Positions 1-13,079 are shown, counted from the stretch's first letter. The stretch is DNA of 44,603 nt from Nemertoderma westbladi (GCA_032718475.1 JAUCBJ010003936.1:1-44603); one strand, 5' to 3'. Notes: generated by a model not told the origin, from the letters alone. A program made the numbers and translations.

Positions 1-14
1 AAAATAATGAGTTT

Positions 15-190
15 CATAGATTTGTAAGGCTATTTAGGTAGTGGCGCTTTGTTGGGTGCTTAAAACACTCAACAGGCGTTGCTTCAGTTACGCTATTGGG
101 CAGGGCGTTCCAGAGCTCTGGCCCCTGAGGTCAAACGAGTTCTGGGCAAATGGAGTATTCTTGTGTAGGATTGAGGCTATTGTTTGGTAG
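15..190 (-). mobile_element. Degenerate 3' end of a CR1/L2-type LINE ORF2
   Basis: The minus strand reads, across a frameshift, TPFAQNSF / GPELWNALPNSVTEATPVECFKHPTKRHYLNSLTNL*. This matches the typical GP.LWN.LP...FK C-terminus of CR1/L2 reverse transcriptases. Confidence 0.6.
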
Positions 191-1079
191 TAAACTGGTT
201 TGTTATTTAATATAGCCAATAATGAAATTATTTTAAAATATAATAGGCCTACGATTAAATGAAAATGCAGCCCAACAGCAAAGAAAGATAATATAATAAT
301 TACATAGATACGTAATATTAACTGGTAATCTAATTAACCTCTGTAAATAACTAGAAAGCCAGCAAGCTGGTTGGAAGGAACCCGGGGAAAAAATACTATT
401 TACAAGACTATTATAAATAATCCTTGTCGGTCAGCAGTAAGTAAACTAAACAATTGTCTAAACTATAAGGCGTGGGGCTAGCTGACTTTGTGGCTCGTCC
501 CACATAATAAATAATGAAACTTTGCTATGACAACACACCCGGTTCTTTTAAATTTGCGTGATTTGAGTTTTATGCTCGCACCACTATTTGTAAGAAATGT
601 TAAAACTTATTTTACAGTATGCCAATGTAGTAATGGTATTAAAATATTATTAAATTAATTTACACTATTAATGCTTCAGCTAAAAAATGATGCTAATCCT
701 ATGTAATAAAAACAATAAGAATATTATAGTATATTTAGGCTACAGAATTTTCCGCTTACCGGTTAGCAATTCATTGATTGATAATGTCTGCGATCTGCAG
801 TTGAAATATATTTCTGTATTTTGTATTTCATACGGACAAATTAATTATACCTCCTAATTAAACTTATAATTTTCAATACTTATTATAACCTTCACCTGTT
901 TGTACATTTAATTAAAAGATTTGATCAAAAGATCGGGACTTGATTCCAGTGGTTTTAATTTTAATGAATGTTGGATTATCTTCCGTATATACAGTAAGTA
1001 TGAGGTTCGTTACTGTTTATAAATACTATACCGAACATATTATTTAACTTTAATTATTTGACAAAATTATAACACTGAT

Positions 1080-2801
1080 ATGGCAATGAATACTACTGTA
1101 ATTCCTCTTACAAAAAGTCACATTAACAACCAAAAAACTCAACCCTATCTTCATGGGTCAGTTTGTGACCTGATAATCAAAGCCGGTGACAAGTATAAAA
1201 ATGATATCGCGTACATATTCCACGAGACTAATGAAAGTGTGACCTTTGGGGAAGTCTATGAGAAATCCAAAGAATTCGCGTTCGGTTTAGTTGAGCTGGG
1301 ATTGGCTAGCGGTGACAGATTAGCTATTTATTGCGGAAACACTTTGCGATGGATCGTTGCCTTTTGGGGTGCGATTATTGCAGGTGTTATTGTGGTCCCG
1401 CTTAATTATATGGCAACCTCATCTGAGTTGTTGAAATACCTCAGTCACGTTGGCGTAAAGGCATTGCTATTTTCTCGGGGATGGCAGGACCAAGATTTCT
1501 ACCAAACAATCATGAACATTTGCCCAGAAATAATCACTTGCGCGGCAGGGGACTTGAAAATCAAAAAATTACCAGAATTACGATACATTATTTATATGAA
1601 CGATGTAAAACGAATGGGAACTTTTTCTTGGAAGGACATTTGTCTCTTGGGCAGAAAAAGATCAATAATAAATTATGAATTATCACTTCAGTTAAATTTA
1701 GCTAATCCCGTCATGTTGATGTTCACAAGTGGAACAACTGGAGTATCGAAAGCTGTCCAATTCACCAACCATGGTTTACTAAACGCCATGGTTCCGTACA
1801 ACCTGCAGCCCGGGTTCTATAGTAATGGCAAGGTGGACCATCTAATAGAAACACCATTTTTCGGCGTCCTGTGCTTAACCTTCGGTATTATACTTCCAAC
1901 ATTTACCGGTGAAACTGTCGTGGTTGGCTCTACTTTCCCTGACTCTGACAAAATGTGCGAAGCGATTGCGAAATACAAAGTTACCTCCCTGGTTGGTGGA
2001 TCGCAATCACTGATGGCCTTGTTAGACAATAAGGATAAGTACGATTTATCATCTTTGAAGTTCGCAACAGCCGGGGGAATGCCTATCGCACGATTACTTC
2101 TTACACACGTTGAATCCGACTTACCGAATATAAAAACGAGGCACATTTACGGAAGTACCGAGACCTTGGTCGTGGCTGTGGGTGATTTTAATGATAGCCA
2201 GGAGATACGAATCTCGAATGAAGGATTCCCAGTTAATGGTCAAGAAATTAAAATAAGTAATGATAAAAACGAAATTGTTGATATTGGTGAGAGCGGGGAG
2301 ATTTGCATCAAGAGTGATACAATTACACCGGGGTATTGGAATGATAAAAGGGAGGTTCTAGATAAAGACAGGTGGTTTCGAACGGGAGACCTGGGACGCA
2401 TCGATAGCAATGGTTACCTGACCGTGGTCGGTCGTCTCAAAGATATCATTATTACTCGAGGTTTTATGGGTAACATCGTACCTGGTGAAGTTGAAGAAGC
2501 TATTAGAAGTAACGATAAAGTTTACGATTGCTATGTTTTCGGTGTCCCCGATGGATCGACGGGAGATGAGCGTGTTACGGCTGGTGTCATATTGCATCCC
2601 GCGGAACAAGTCTCTGTGCAACAACTAACCATCTACCTCCGAGAAATTTTATCAGAATATAAAATACCCAAACACATTTTCTTTGTAGACGAATTTCCTA
2701 AAACGGCAACCGGAAAAGTAAGAAAAGATATAATGCGTGAATTATCTCGCCAACAAGCTTTAGATTTATCTTGGAATCACGTTGAGTGCATAACATTCTA
2801 A
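1080..2801 (+). CDS. AMP-dependent acyl-CoA synthetase, ACSF2-like (ANL superfamily), uninterrupted CDS
   Basis: 573-aa ORF with adenylation motifs MFTSGTTGVSKAV (P-loop), YGSTE, WFRTGDLG, GRLKDII and PKTATGKVRK. The segment LKIKKLPELRYII resembles ACSF2. Confidence 0.9.
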   Translation: MAMNTTVIPLTKSHINNQKTQPYLHGSVCDLIIKAGDKYKNDIAYIFHETNESVTFGEVYEKSKEFAFGLVELGLASGDRLAIYCGNTLRWIVAFWGAIIAGVIVVPLNYMATSSELLKYLSHVGVKALLFSRGWQDQDFYQTIMNICPEIITCAAGDLKIKKLPELRYIIYMNDVKRMGTFSWKDICLLGRKRSIINYELSLQLNLANPVMLMFTSGTTGVSKAVQFTNHGLLNAMVPYNLQPGFYSNGKVDHLIETPFFGVLCLTFGIILPTFTGETVVVGSTFPDSDKMCEAIAKYKVTSLVGGSQSLMALLDNKDKYDLSSLKFATAGGMPIARLLLTHVESDLPNIKTRHIYGSTETLVVAVGDFNDSQEIRISNEGFPVNGQEIKISNDKNEIVDIGESGEICIKSDTITPGYWNDKREVLDKDRWFRTGDLGRIDSNGYLTVVGRLKDIIITRGFMGNIVPGEVEEAIRSNDKVYDCYVFGVPDGSTGDERVTAGVILHPAEQVSVQQLTIYLREILSEYKIPKHIFFVDEFPKTATGKVRKDIMRELSRQQALDLSWNHVECITF

Positions 2802-2895
2802 AACATTACGGTGTGGTACAAAATACGTTATAATCCTAACTCTATAGGTGTATAATATTTATTGGTGGTGAATGGTAGACCTATCAATAATGCCT

Positions 2896-3112
2896 CAGAT
2901 AGTGGCGCAATATGACCGCAATTGTACAGAGTGATCTAATTTAATAAATTGGTCGCATATGAAAAATGACAATATTGATTTATTGTTTTGGTTAGAAAAC
3001 ACCGACATTGTAACCTAATCCTTTCACTTAATGTTTGAAATTAAATTAAATTAACCTTTTAAACCAACTAAACATATATTTAGTGTTTGGGGTCATTTGC
3101 GCCATTGTCTCT
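2896..3112. mobile_element. MITE-like interspersed element, copy 1
   Basis: ~26-bp imperfect TIRs (cagatagtggcgcaatatgaccgcaa / ttggggtcatttgcgccattgtct). The internal sequence ggttagaaaacaccg.cattgtaa is shared with the copy at 19346-19519. Confidence 0.7.
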
Positions 3113-4061
3113 ATTATAATTAATTAATTATTTATGGTGCGATAAAAAATAAATATGGCGGAGGAAACTGTTTTACAAACAAATAATTATTGTTTTGTTG
3201 AAGATATTATATAGGCCTACCCGGGTATATTATTTAATGACGTAGAATAATAAGTTAAGGAGATATGTAGTCGGCCTACTTTCCATTTAATTTTTCACTG
3301 CTCCTATTGGAATAAAAATCTTCAAAACCGAAATTGTCATCCTATGATAAGGGGGTCTGGAGGAGAAGATTCTGAAGAGTCTGGTATTCGATTAATTTTT
3401 AATTAATCAATTAATTATTTAATTAAAGGGTTAATTTACTTATATAATTAATTAATAAGATCATTTTCATCCAGAGTACTCTACCATTGAGTCTATGGAA
3501 AAATCACACATTTTTCAAATTCTTATTAGGCAAGATAATTCCTCAAGATTATAATTTTGTTCTAAAAGTCCCGACCTAATGAAACAGAATAGGCTATCTA
3601 TCATAATATAAAGTTATTTTCCCATAGGCCCAAGCCCAACATTATGTCCAACATTTTGTATTCTCGAACACTAACAAATCTATTTAAATATTTTAAATAC
3701 GAACTTCCATTATTCTTACAACTGATGCACAGCTGCTTTGTGACCTCGGATAGATATTAATTAGGTCCATCAGTGGTGAGAGACGTTTAATCAAATAAAA
3801 TTTAGCGGAAATGCGCACTAAATATTAAAAATTTTATATTTTGTATTTTATGTCTTAGAGGCTCGGTAAAGAATTATTTAGTGTATTTGTAATTCTTTAG
3901 ATAGAGAACAATCTCTTCAATTTCGATTAAGGCTAAAGCGCATTTTGGGTTTTTTTTATGACAGGTATAAATATATAACTTTAGCCAATATTTATTAGGT
4001 ATAAACTTTAGCTAATCTAAAATACGGATAAAAAAAGCGCTTACAAGCATTAAAGCTTTGT

Positions 4062-4430
4062 ATGCCAAACTCAAATATTATGCTTTTGAATACCTATTTT
4101 CCTGTCGATAACAGATCCATTAGTGCAGTTTCTGGCGCATTTCTTTCTCTTATGAACGATATAGGTAATATCGTATCACAATCTGTTAGTTCTAACCTAC
4201 TGTGGTGTGGAGACGTCAATTGCGATTTTTCACGGACGTATGCCCATGTTCATGCGATTTTAGACTACATTATTAGTAACGATCTAAATATACTTTGGGA
4301 TACCGTACCAGTAACCAGTACATTTCATTGTATTTTGGAAGGTATTTCGCATTGTTCAACTGTTGAACATTTTTTACAATTTTTTTTAGCGGGGGTTGTT
4401 AATTTGGGTTCCAATTTGTCAGGTCATGAC
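4062..4430 (+). mobile_element. AP-endonuclease domain fragment of a non-LTR retrotransposon
   Basis: Motifs NTYFP, CGDVNCD (GDxN), STVEHF and NLSGHD (SDH-like). Confidence 0.7.
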
Positions 4431-5716
4431 AGGTGTTCCCCCTGAGGTCTTTAAAATACCCGAGTGTTTAAAGCTCATCTATCCCATCATAGTAGACATG
4501 TACCGAACAACAAGAGTCCCACAAGAAATGAAAACAAATAAGTTGGCGCCAGTTCCCAAGAAGGGCAACCTAACACTCTATGGTTCTTTTCGGGGAATCT
4601 CATTGATCTCGATTGCTGCAAAGCTATACAATAGAATTCTATTAAATCGCATCAGGGATCCCATTGAGAGACTGCTCCGTGGAAATCAGAATGGGTTCCG
4701 TAAAGGTCGTGGGACCATGGAGCCCATTTTGGCACTTAGAAGGATAATTGAAGAGTTATCAAAAAAGAAAGACAGGCATCTGGCTCTTATCTTTGTTGAC
4801 TTCTTCAAGGCCTTTGATTCAGTCTCTCGCTCACGTATGTTCAGCATACTTTCATTATATGGGATTCCTGATGAAATTATTGCAGCAATCAGATCAGTAT
4901 ACGATGGTTCGACAACGTTTGTGTCTACTGTTGACGGTGACACAGAACCATTTGAAGTGTTATGGGGCGTCCTCCAGGGAGACACACTTGCACCATTCTT
5001 GTTCATAATTGTCGTTGACTATGTTCTACGCATGTCCTTAGATCATCATAATGATGATGGGGTGATGATAACTCCACCTACTGGCTCCAGAAGTCGAGGA
5101 AATCCTGCCAAGTACCTAACTGATCTAGACTTTGCTGATGACTTAGGAGTACTCTCAGAATCACTAGAGGGAGCCCAACGGCTCCTCAGCTCATTAGAAC
5201 ATGCTGCTTCTAGTGTTGGTCTTTTTATTAACTCCAGAAAGACCAAAATGTTGACAGTTAACTTTGAAAGTCCTCTCTGATCGGATGAGCATAAGCTCAA
5301 AAGATGGTATGCTTGAGCATGTGGATGACTTCTGTTACCTGGGATCATGGATCCGGAAGTCAGGTGAGGACATTCGAATACGTAAGGGAAAGGCATGGGC
5401 GGCCTTGAATAGGCTTTCCAGGATTTGCAAGTCACCGAGAATTAATCGGAAACTTAAGGTCCGATTATTTAGAGCAACAGTAGTTCCAGTACTCCTCTAT
5501 GGGAGTCCATGCTGGGCTCTAACTGCTGAGGACACCAAATCTCTGGATGGCACATTCACAAGAATGCTACGCCGGGTTCAGTGTGTCAAGTACAATGCAC
5601 ACATCTCCAAACAGAAACTATATAACATCGGAGGTGTCTCATTGGTTCCCCCAAGCTTGACACTAGAACAAAATCGCCTCCGCTTTGAAGGACATTGCTT
5701 TCGCCGTGAGGACCAG
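4427..5716 (+). mobile_element. RTE-clade LINE reverse transcriptase, frameshifted and truncated
   Basis: RT motifs PKKGNL..FRGISL, QNGFRKGRGT, FVDFFKAFDSV, GVLQGDTLAPFLF and LDFADD. A frameshift near 5264-5280 is followed by FCYLGS..LLYGS..WALT..LDGTFTRMLR. Confidence 0.88.
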
Positions 5717-6116
5717 TGTAAAAGCTTTTGCGTAATTAACCGGTTATTTTCCCTTAAAGTACTCTGTAGTTGGTTTACCAGGCATAAAAAGGCCGTGTCC
5801 TTGCTGTACTGGTGTTTTAGAGGACATAAAAGTCATTTCTTCTGTATTTGTACTTTAGAGGACATAATCCGCAATCTCGTGACGCGATAAGCTAGATACT
5901 CTTGAAAACAGTGTCGCTACCATGACGACGGCTAACAGCTGATATTGCCACGTCGACATTTCTTTGTTTCTTTGTTCTCTCGTTGTTCGGTTGACCAATC
6001 AGAGCGTTTTTTGTCTCTGTGTTGGAGGTGGATACAGAACTCAGTAGTTCAGTGTTATGTTAAGTAAAAGGTTGTCTTCAAACAATTAGACGCTCTTATT
6101 GAGGTTATAAAAAACA
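5717..6116 (+). mobile_element. Possible solo LTR truncating the RTE copy
   Basis: RT similarity stops at TGTAAAAG. The 400-bp segment has a CCAAT box and an AGTAAA, and ends in AAAACA. No target-site duplication is visible. Confidence 0.3.
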
Positions 6117-6289
6117 TGAAACCTGTTTAAACCCTGTTTAATTAGACCTAGAGTAAACCACCACTATTATGAAGTTAAGGGCGGGGGAGGGGGGGGGGAG
6201 GAACCCCCTCCATGGGTAAAATTTACATATTTATTTTTCATCTGATACCGAATTTAATATGGATTTCAACTCTTCAAACGGCTTGGCGA

Positions 6290-6700
6290 AATATTTTTTA
6301 GTTCTCCAGTTATCCCTGTCTTTCAGTCTACCACTTTGACTGTCAAAATTTAGAAGACACACAGACAGACAACAGGTTAGACAGACATATTAGATTCCAC
6401 CAAATATTAAAATGAAATCATCGACCCCGTAAACCCCCATATTGATAGTTTTGGTGAGTTGATGTGAAGCCATAGTGCCAAACATTACTAACCGATTAAC
6501 AGACCACAGACAGACATGTTTTGAACTGAAAGGTTCAAACTTTAAAGCAAATTATCTCGGAATTACATTTTTAAATTTTTCTAAATACTAGGGCCTACTC
6601 CTGTGATATTTTCACCCAAATTCTATAATTTATGGCTCGTTTGAAAGGTTTTTTGAAGATCTTTAAAAATTCCAACAGTTTTTTGAAAAAGATTTTTGTT
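6290..6700. mobile_element. Helentron/DINE-1-like interspersed repeat fragment
   Basis: CAGA microsatellite (acagacagac) embedded in core-like sequence. Boundaries are approximate. Confidence 0.35.
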
Positions 6701-6745
6701 AAAATATTATTGCAAATTGTAATTATAATTTAATTAATTAAAATT

Positions 6746-7960
6746 GAGCCCCACTCCTGCGACCGGTGTAGCAAACCAGTGGTCTCCGACGGACTCCACG
6801 GCCTCTCTTGCAGGTCGAGTGGTGGCCGGTTTCCCCGTCACACGATGTTAAACGACATCAATCAACGGGCACTGGTTAGCTGTGGTATTCCATCTACATT
6901 GGAGCCCCCCCCCCCCCCCCCCCCCGGCCTGTGCAGGAGAGACGGGAAGCGAGTCGGCGGCCTGGCGCTGGTGTCGTGGAGCCAGGGCCGCACCCTCACC
7001 TGGGATGCCACGGTTGTTGACCCCCTCGCCCCGAGCTACTGTACATCCAGCAAACGATTATAGCCGGTGGTCGGATTGCAGAACGGAGGGAGAGGGAGAG
7101 GGAGAAGCACCAGACGTACCGGGAGGTGATGGAGCGAGGAAACCTCTTCCACCCGGTCGCATTCGAAACCTTTGTCCGATCTGGTCCGGAGACAGCTAGA
7201 AATGCCAGCAAGCTAGCTATAAGAAAGCCGTCCATACCATAGTCAAACGTGGTGTAGTTGGGTCCCTCCCCATTTAACAGCTTTGCTTACAGTCTGAGAG
7301 AAAGTAATACCAGCCCCTTCATTATTATTAACCTATAAAACATTTGAACGGCCCAGTGCTTAAAATCACTTTTTACTTTTTAGGTGAGAGGCTGGCCTAA
7401 CATAGTAGTGAGTAACCTTATAGATATTCCCATAGGATTCACTGGGAAGAGCTATTCAGCTGGCGGGGTAATACGTTACAAACTAACAGTTCATATTTGC
7501 TCACTGTCTTGGATAGAGTGAGGTAGTAATGTACTTCTCTGCAGTTTGGGCCTATCCATTCAATCAATAGTAGTAGCTTACTAGGCCCTCATGAGCACCA
7601 GCAACTGGTGTTTCTATCATTAAGTCTATGGCAATTTTCGTGTTATGGGGCTATTCTTCGAAATAAAAAAAGATACTTTAATAATTTTTTTAGAAACTTT
7701 TTTCCACATCCTGGGATTGAGCTGCGTCGATCTATAGACATACATACTATATCCTGTATACATATACGGTCTATATACATACATACATATATACATAGAT
7801 AGATAGTGAATACTTTTACAGTAAGAAGTCCCGCCTCCACGCCATCACCCACGAGCCCCGATCGCACCAGTTTCTCCAGAGGATTGAGGTCGCCATAGTG
7901 ATCGGGAATGGCTACAGCTGGTACATCATCCCGGGGACTGTTCGACGACTTGCTGGACTA
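6746..7960 (+). mobile_element. 3' fragment of a CRE-like (RLE-class) non-LTR retrotransposon, split by an insertion
   Basis: 6746-7195 reads HSCDRCSKPVVSDGLHGLSC (zinc knuckle), RH, DGKRVGG..WSQGRTLTWDATVVD and FHPVAFET..GPET. It resumes at ~7805 with SRLHAITHEPRSHQFLQRIEVAIVIGN. Confidence 0.8.
7196..7803 (-). mobile_element. Non-autonomous Helitron-like insertion
   Basis: The minus strand starts TCTATCTATG and ends with an imperfect hairpin (plus strand gccagcaagctagc) followed by CTAG. No TSD. It interrupts the CRE-like reading frame, and a similar 3' end occurs at 351-372. Confidence 0.6.
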
Positions 7961-9129
7961 AATATATCTCGGTTATAGAGTATGTTTATTAATAATTTTT
8001 TTAGAGTTTGGAATGGCCTAGGGCATATATTATTGGTGTAATGGGTGAATGAGTGCATCAAAGAGTTAATTAAAAGTTTACCAAGTTTGATTAAAATTAA
8101 TTAGGCCCTAGTTTAATTAATTTAAGTGAAAACTTATAATTTAAAAAAACGGCCGGTTTATGTAGATTCGAAGGTACTGAGTCTAAAAAAGTTGGTTTCA
8201 AACAATTTGATTTTTTTTTAATATCAAAGGACTAGTATTTTTGTGTATTTAGTATTTTAGTGAAATTTTAATTCCGCCACTCGCCGCTAGATTGACACAA
8301 AATAATTTAGAATTTTAATTTTTGTTGCTCTTTATCCTTCCCCACATTGTTGGCTGAACACAACATAACAGTGTACCTACCACACGGCTTAATTAAAAAA
8401 AATATCAAGAAGTCATAATCATATAATTTTGCAACAGATAGATCTTGTCTACATGTAGTCCTAATAAGGTGGCAGTCTGGAGTGGAAACACAGTTTTTAA
8501 GAATATAGCGGACGAAAAATTAAGATAGTAAGGGAATCGCAAATGTGTTTATCCTTTGAGGAAGAATATTTTAGTAATGTACTGTAGCTACCATAAAGCC
8601 GATTTCGAATGCGCTCACATGGGTCGAAAAATGTCGCTAATTTTTGTTACTGCAGAACTTTCTGGAACTGGAACTGAAGTCACATGTCACTCAACTCAGC
8701 CCCAATTCACATCTTGTCTCTACTTCTATAATCAGATGATTTTTCATATTGCGGCCGTAAAACGATTATTTCGACCCAAAGAATATGCATGTGTTTTTAA
8801 ACAAAAATTTTTCTGCCGAAAGAATACAAATTTCGCCCGAAAAATGTAAAAAATTTCTACCGAAAACAAAAAATGTCATTCTTATTGAAATCTAAATACA
8901 GTTAGACTACAATTAGGTCAAATATATGAAAACACAGCACAAGTACTGTCCCGTCACCGTCACATTCCAATAACTAAATGCATAAGGGGAAAGGGATGTA
9001 TCATTAATTAATTATAAACATTTGTAGTTCACTTAGGTCGTAACTATATTCAATGAAACACAAAACATTACACACACATATCATTTTATACATACAAATA
9101 AACAATAATTAATTACGTTAAGAAATACA

Positions 9130-9250
9130 TAAGTTACAGATTGCAACTCAGCAGAATGCTGAACTCATAAGCAGTCTTTTTCCAGAATTATTAATTATCT
9201 GGAACAGCGCTAACCTTCTGATGTGAAGGCAACAGAAACATTCCAGAATT
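9130..9250 (+). mobile_element. Highly degenerate CR1/L2-type LINE 3' fragment
   Basis: KQSFFP...WNS...PSDV-like remnants across frameshifts. Confidence 0.4.
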
Positions 9251-9977
9251 AATATCTAGACATACATGTATATTGTACACAATTATTGTTGGTTTCTAGA
9301 GTTGTGTTTATTGATAAACACTTAGGCCTAAAGTAGGCCTATCTATCTACAGGCAAAATCATTGGAAACTTTTTCTAACACATTATTGCCGGTTGGTGTG
9401 AGAAAATCTAAACAAAATTTATGGGCAGTGCAGGTCTCGCAGTGCACACCGGCGCCGTACATAGAACGTATTTAATATTTTATTTTTAATAATTTATACA
9501 CTATTATTAAATACAATTTAAAAGTTAAATATTTAGATAAAAGAATGTTAAAATAATTTCACAATTTCTTATTTCCACTTTCGAACTTGTTTTACAGGAA
9601 GTGTACAAAAAAACTTTTCACATAAGAAAGATATCTGAGTTTCAATGAAAAAAGAATGAATTTCGATCTATATTCCAGGAAATGGTTTATACTGTAGTGG
9701 TTTTAACAGGTTAGAAAATGGCATCAAAAAACTACTAGCAGCACATAAAGTCAATTTTGTAAAATTTGGAGGCATCAGCTCATATTTTGGAAACACTCTG
9801 CGAGTTATAATTTTATTGAGAATATATTGGTCTCATTATGCTTGGAATATAACAAATTAATTAATTTCTACTTATTAATCTTTGCTTTTGTTAAGCACAT
9901 CTTCCCCAAAATTAGTTTACATTATGTTTTATCTTACACCATGCCCCAGAATAGAGTGTCGTAATTATTATTATTAT

Positions 9978-12062
9978 CGCTCATTGTTGCTCGTTGTTGC
10001 TCAGTGTCGCTCATTGTTACTCGTTGTTCCCATTTGCTCATTGTTGCTCATCGTTTCACATTGTTGATCGTTGTTTCTCATTGATGCTCGTTGTTGCTCA
10101 TTGCTGCTCGTTGTTTCTCATTGTTGCTCGTTGTTGCTCATTGTTGTTGCTCTTTGTTGTTCATTGTTGCTCTTTGATCCCTATTGTTGCTCATTGTTTC
10201 TCATTGTTGCTCGTTGTTGCTAGTTATTGCTCATTGTTGCTCGTTGTTTCTCATTGTTGCTCATTGCTGCTCGTTGTTTCTCATTGTTGCTCATTGCTGC
10301 TCGTTGTTTCTCGTAGTTGCTCGTTATTGCTCATTACTGCTTGTTGATGCTGATTGTTGCTGATTGTTGCTCGTTGTTCCCCATTGTCGCTCGATGTTAC
10401 TCATTGTTACTCATTATTGATCGTTGGTGCTCATTGTCCCTTGTTGTTGCTTATTGTTGCTCGTTGTTGCTCATTGTTGTTCAGTGTTGCTCGTTGTTGC
10501 TCATTACTGCTCGTTGATGCTCATTGTCCCTTGTTGTTGATCATTGTTGCTCGTTGTTGCTCATTGTTGCTCGCTGTTGCTCATTGTTCCCCATTGTTGC
10601 TCGATGTTACTCATAGTTGCTCGTTGCTGCTCATTGTTGTTCATTGTTGCTCGTTGTTGCTCATTACTGCTCGTTGATGCTCATTGTTGCTCGTTGTTAC
10701 TCATTGTTGCTCATTTGTTTCTCATTGTTGCTCGTTGATGCTCGTTGTTGCTCATAGTTGCTCGTTGTTGCTCATTGTTGCTCGTTGATGCTCATTGTTG
10801 CTCGTTGTTGCTCGTTGTTGCTCATAGTTTCTCGTTGTTGCTCATTGTTGCTCGTTGATGCTCATTGTTGCTCATTGTTGTTCATTGTTGCTCGTTGTTT
10901 CTCATTGTTGCTCGTTGTTGCTCATTTTTGCTCGTTGTTGTACTTCATTATTGCTCGTTGTTGCTCATTGTTGCTCGTTGTTGCTCATTGTTATACTTTA
11001 TTATTGCTTGTTGTTCCCCATTGTTGCTCGTTGTTGTTCATTGTTCCACATTGTTGCTTGTCATTGCTCAATGATGCTCATTGTACCTTTTTTGTTGCTT
11101 ATTGTTGCTCATTGTTCCTTCTTGTTGCTTGTTGTTCCCCATTGTTGCTCGTTGTTGCTCGTTGTTCCCCATTATTGTTCATTGTTGCTCGTTGTTGCTC
11201 ATTGTTTCTCGTTGTTGCCCATTGATGCTCATTGTTCCGTGTTGTTGCTCATTGTTGCTCATTGTTCCTTGTTGTTGCTAATTGTTGATCATTGTTGCTC
11301 ATTGTCGCTCATTGTTGCTCGTTGTTCCCCATTATTGCTCATTGTTTCTCGTTGTTGCTCATTGATGCTCATTGTTACTTGTTGTTGCTCATTGTTGCTC
11401 ATTGTTCCTTGTTGTTGCTAATTGTTGCTCGTTGTTGCCCATTGTTGCTCGTTGTTTCTCGTTGTTGCTCATTGTTGCTCGTTGTTGCTCAATGTTGCTC
11501 ATTGTTGCTCATTGTTGCTCGTTGTTGCTCATAGTTGCTCGTTGTTGCTCATTGTTGCTATTTGATGCTCATTGTTGCTCGTTATTGTTCATTGTTGCTA
11601 GTTGCTGCTTATTGTTGTTCATTGTTGCTCATTGTTGCTCGTTGTTGCTCATTGATGCTCGTTGTTGTACTTTATATTGCTCGTTATTCCCCATTGTTGG
11701 TCGATGTTTCTCATTGTTGCTCATTATTGCTCGTTGTTGCTCATGCTCATTGATGCTCATTATTGCTCATTGTTGTTCATTGTTGCTCGTTGTTGCTCAT
11801 TGTTGCTCGTTGGTGCTCATTGTTGCTCGTTTTTCCCCATTTGTTGTTCGATGTTTTTCATTGTTGCTCATTATTGCTCGTTGGTGCTCATTGATGCTCA
11901 TTATTGCTCATTGTTGTTCATTGTTGCTCGTTGTTGTTCATTGTTGCTCGTTGTTGCTCATTGTTCCCCATTGTTGCTTATTGTTGCTCGTTATTGCTCA
12001 TTATTGCTCATTGTTTCTCATTGTTACTCGTTGTTGCTCATTGTTGCTCGTTGTTGATATCG
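9978..12062. repeat. 10-bp tandem repeat (TTGTTGCTCR)n, ~2.1 kb
   Basis: Directly visible. It generates the spurious LLLIVAHCCS ORFs in all plus frames. Confidence 0.95.
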
Positions 12063-13079
12063 TTGTGCATTTTAGCACCTAGCACAAGCTACCATTATAT
12101 TCCAATTGGTCACGATGGATTGCTGAATTGGTGCATTGAAAACTAACAAACAACACTCTGAGATTTATATCAGCTCCAGATGCTTGTGCTTCTTCTAACT
12201 TTGTAAACACAAGCCTATTTGTGCTAAAAATTTGCTATAACAATTAATATTGCACATTAATTTGTTATTATTACTTACTGTCAGACTGTTGCATAAATGC
12301 CTACAACCAGCAATACAGAGTAGTATCTAAGGTACCGTTGTCAATTTACTTTCAGTATAGTTTGGTACAAACCGGTAGGCCTAATGAAATAGTTGTTTTA
12401 GTAATCTTCGCATCGGAAAGCAGAAAAGGGTTTGGACAAATGTTGTACCTGTCTGCCTGCACGTTTGTATGAGGGCTTTAACGGTAGGGGAGGGTCAAAC
12501 TGGCGATAAATAAAATAATACGACAGACCCTAAAACATATCACCGGTGTTCCTGAGCATTCTGTGTCAATAATTAGACCTATCTGCCTATCTTTGTGAGT
12601 TGAAAACCTCGCCCGGGCCTTCTGCCTACTGCTGTAGGGCCTACTGCAATACTGTATTACTCTACAACTAACCCCGATTGCAAGAAAAGTATCTACCGGT
12701 AGTCGCAAAACTAAAAGTTTAGATTAGGTTAGTAGGTACAGTAGTCTAATATAAACCACTGTAGGCCTAGGCCTAGGTAGTATTATTTTTCAGTTGCAAT
12801 AAAACCAAGTTTCCACTTCTTAGTTAAACTACCCTTTCGAGTAGGCCTACCGGTACATACTTGATAGTGGAAAAGTGCCAGTAGCTAACCTTTGTAGTAA
12901 GCACTTGAGTTAGCATTACCTCAACCATTCACTAAAAGATTGAATAATAACTGCAGTGTAACTGGTGAAATATCGCCGGAGACACCTTTTTCAAACACAA
13001 ACACCGTTTAACAAACGATTGAAAACAAAAATAAAAATTCTGGCACACCCAGCAAAGAGGAGGGAAGTGAAACCATTTA

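Noticed and set aside
1080-2801. Firefly-type luciferase or NRPS adenylation domain
   Set aside because: Only superfamily-level similarity. The features fit ACSF2 better, and there is no PTS1 or carrier domain.
9882-12146. Many Cys/Leu-rich hydrophobic ORFs
   Set aside because: They are translations of a stop-poor 10-bp tandem repeat, with the same peptide in all three frames.
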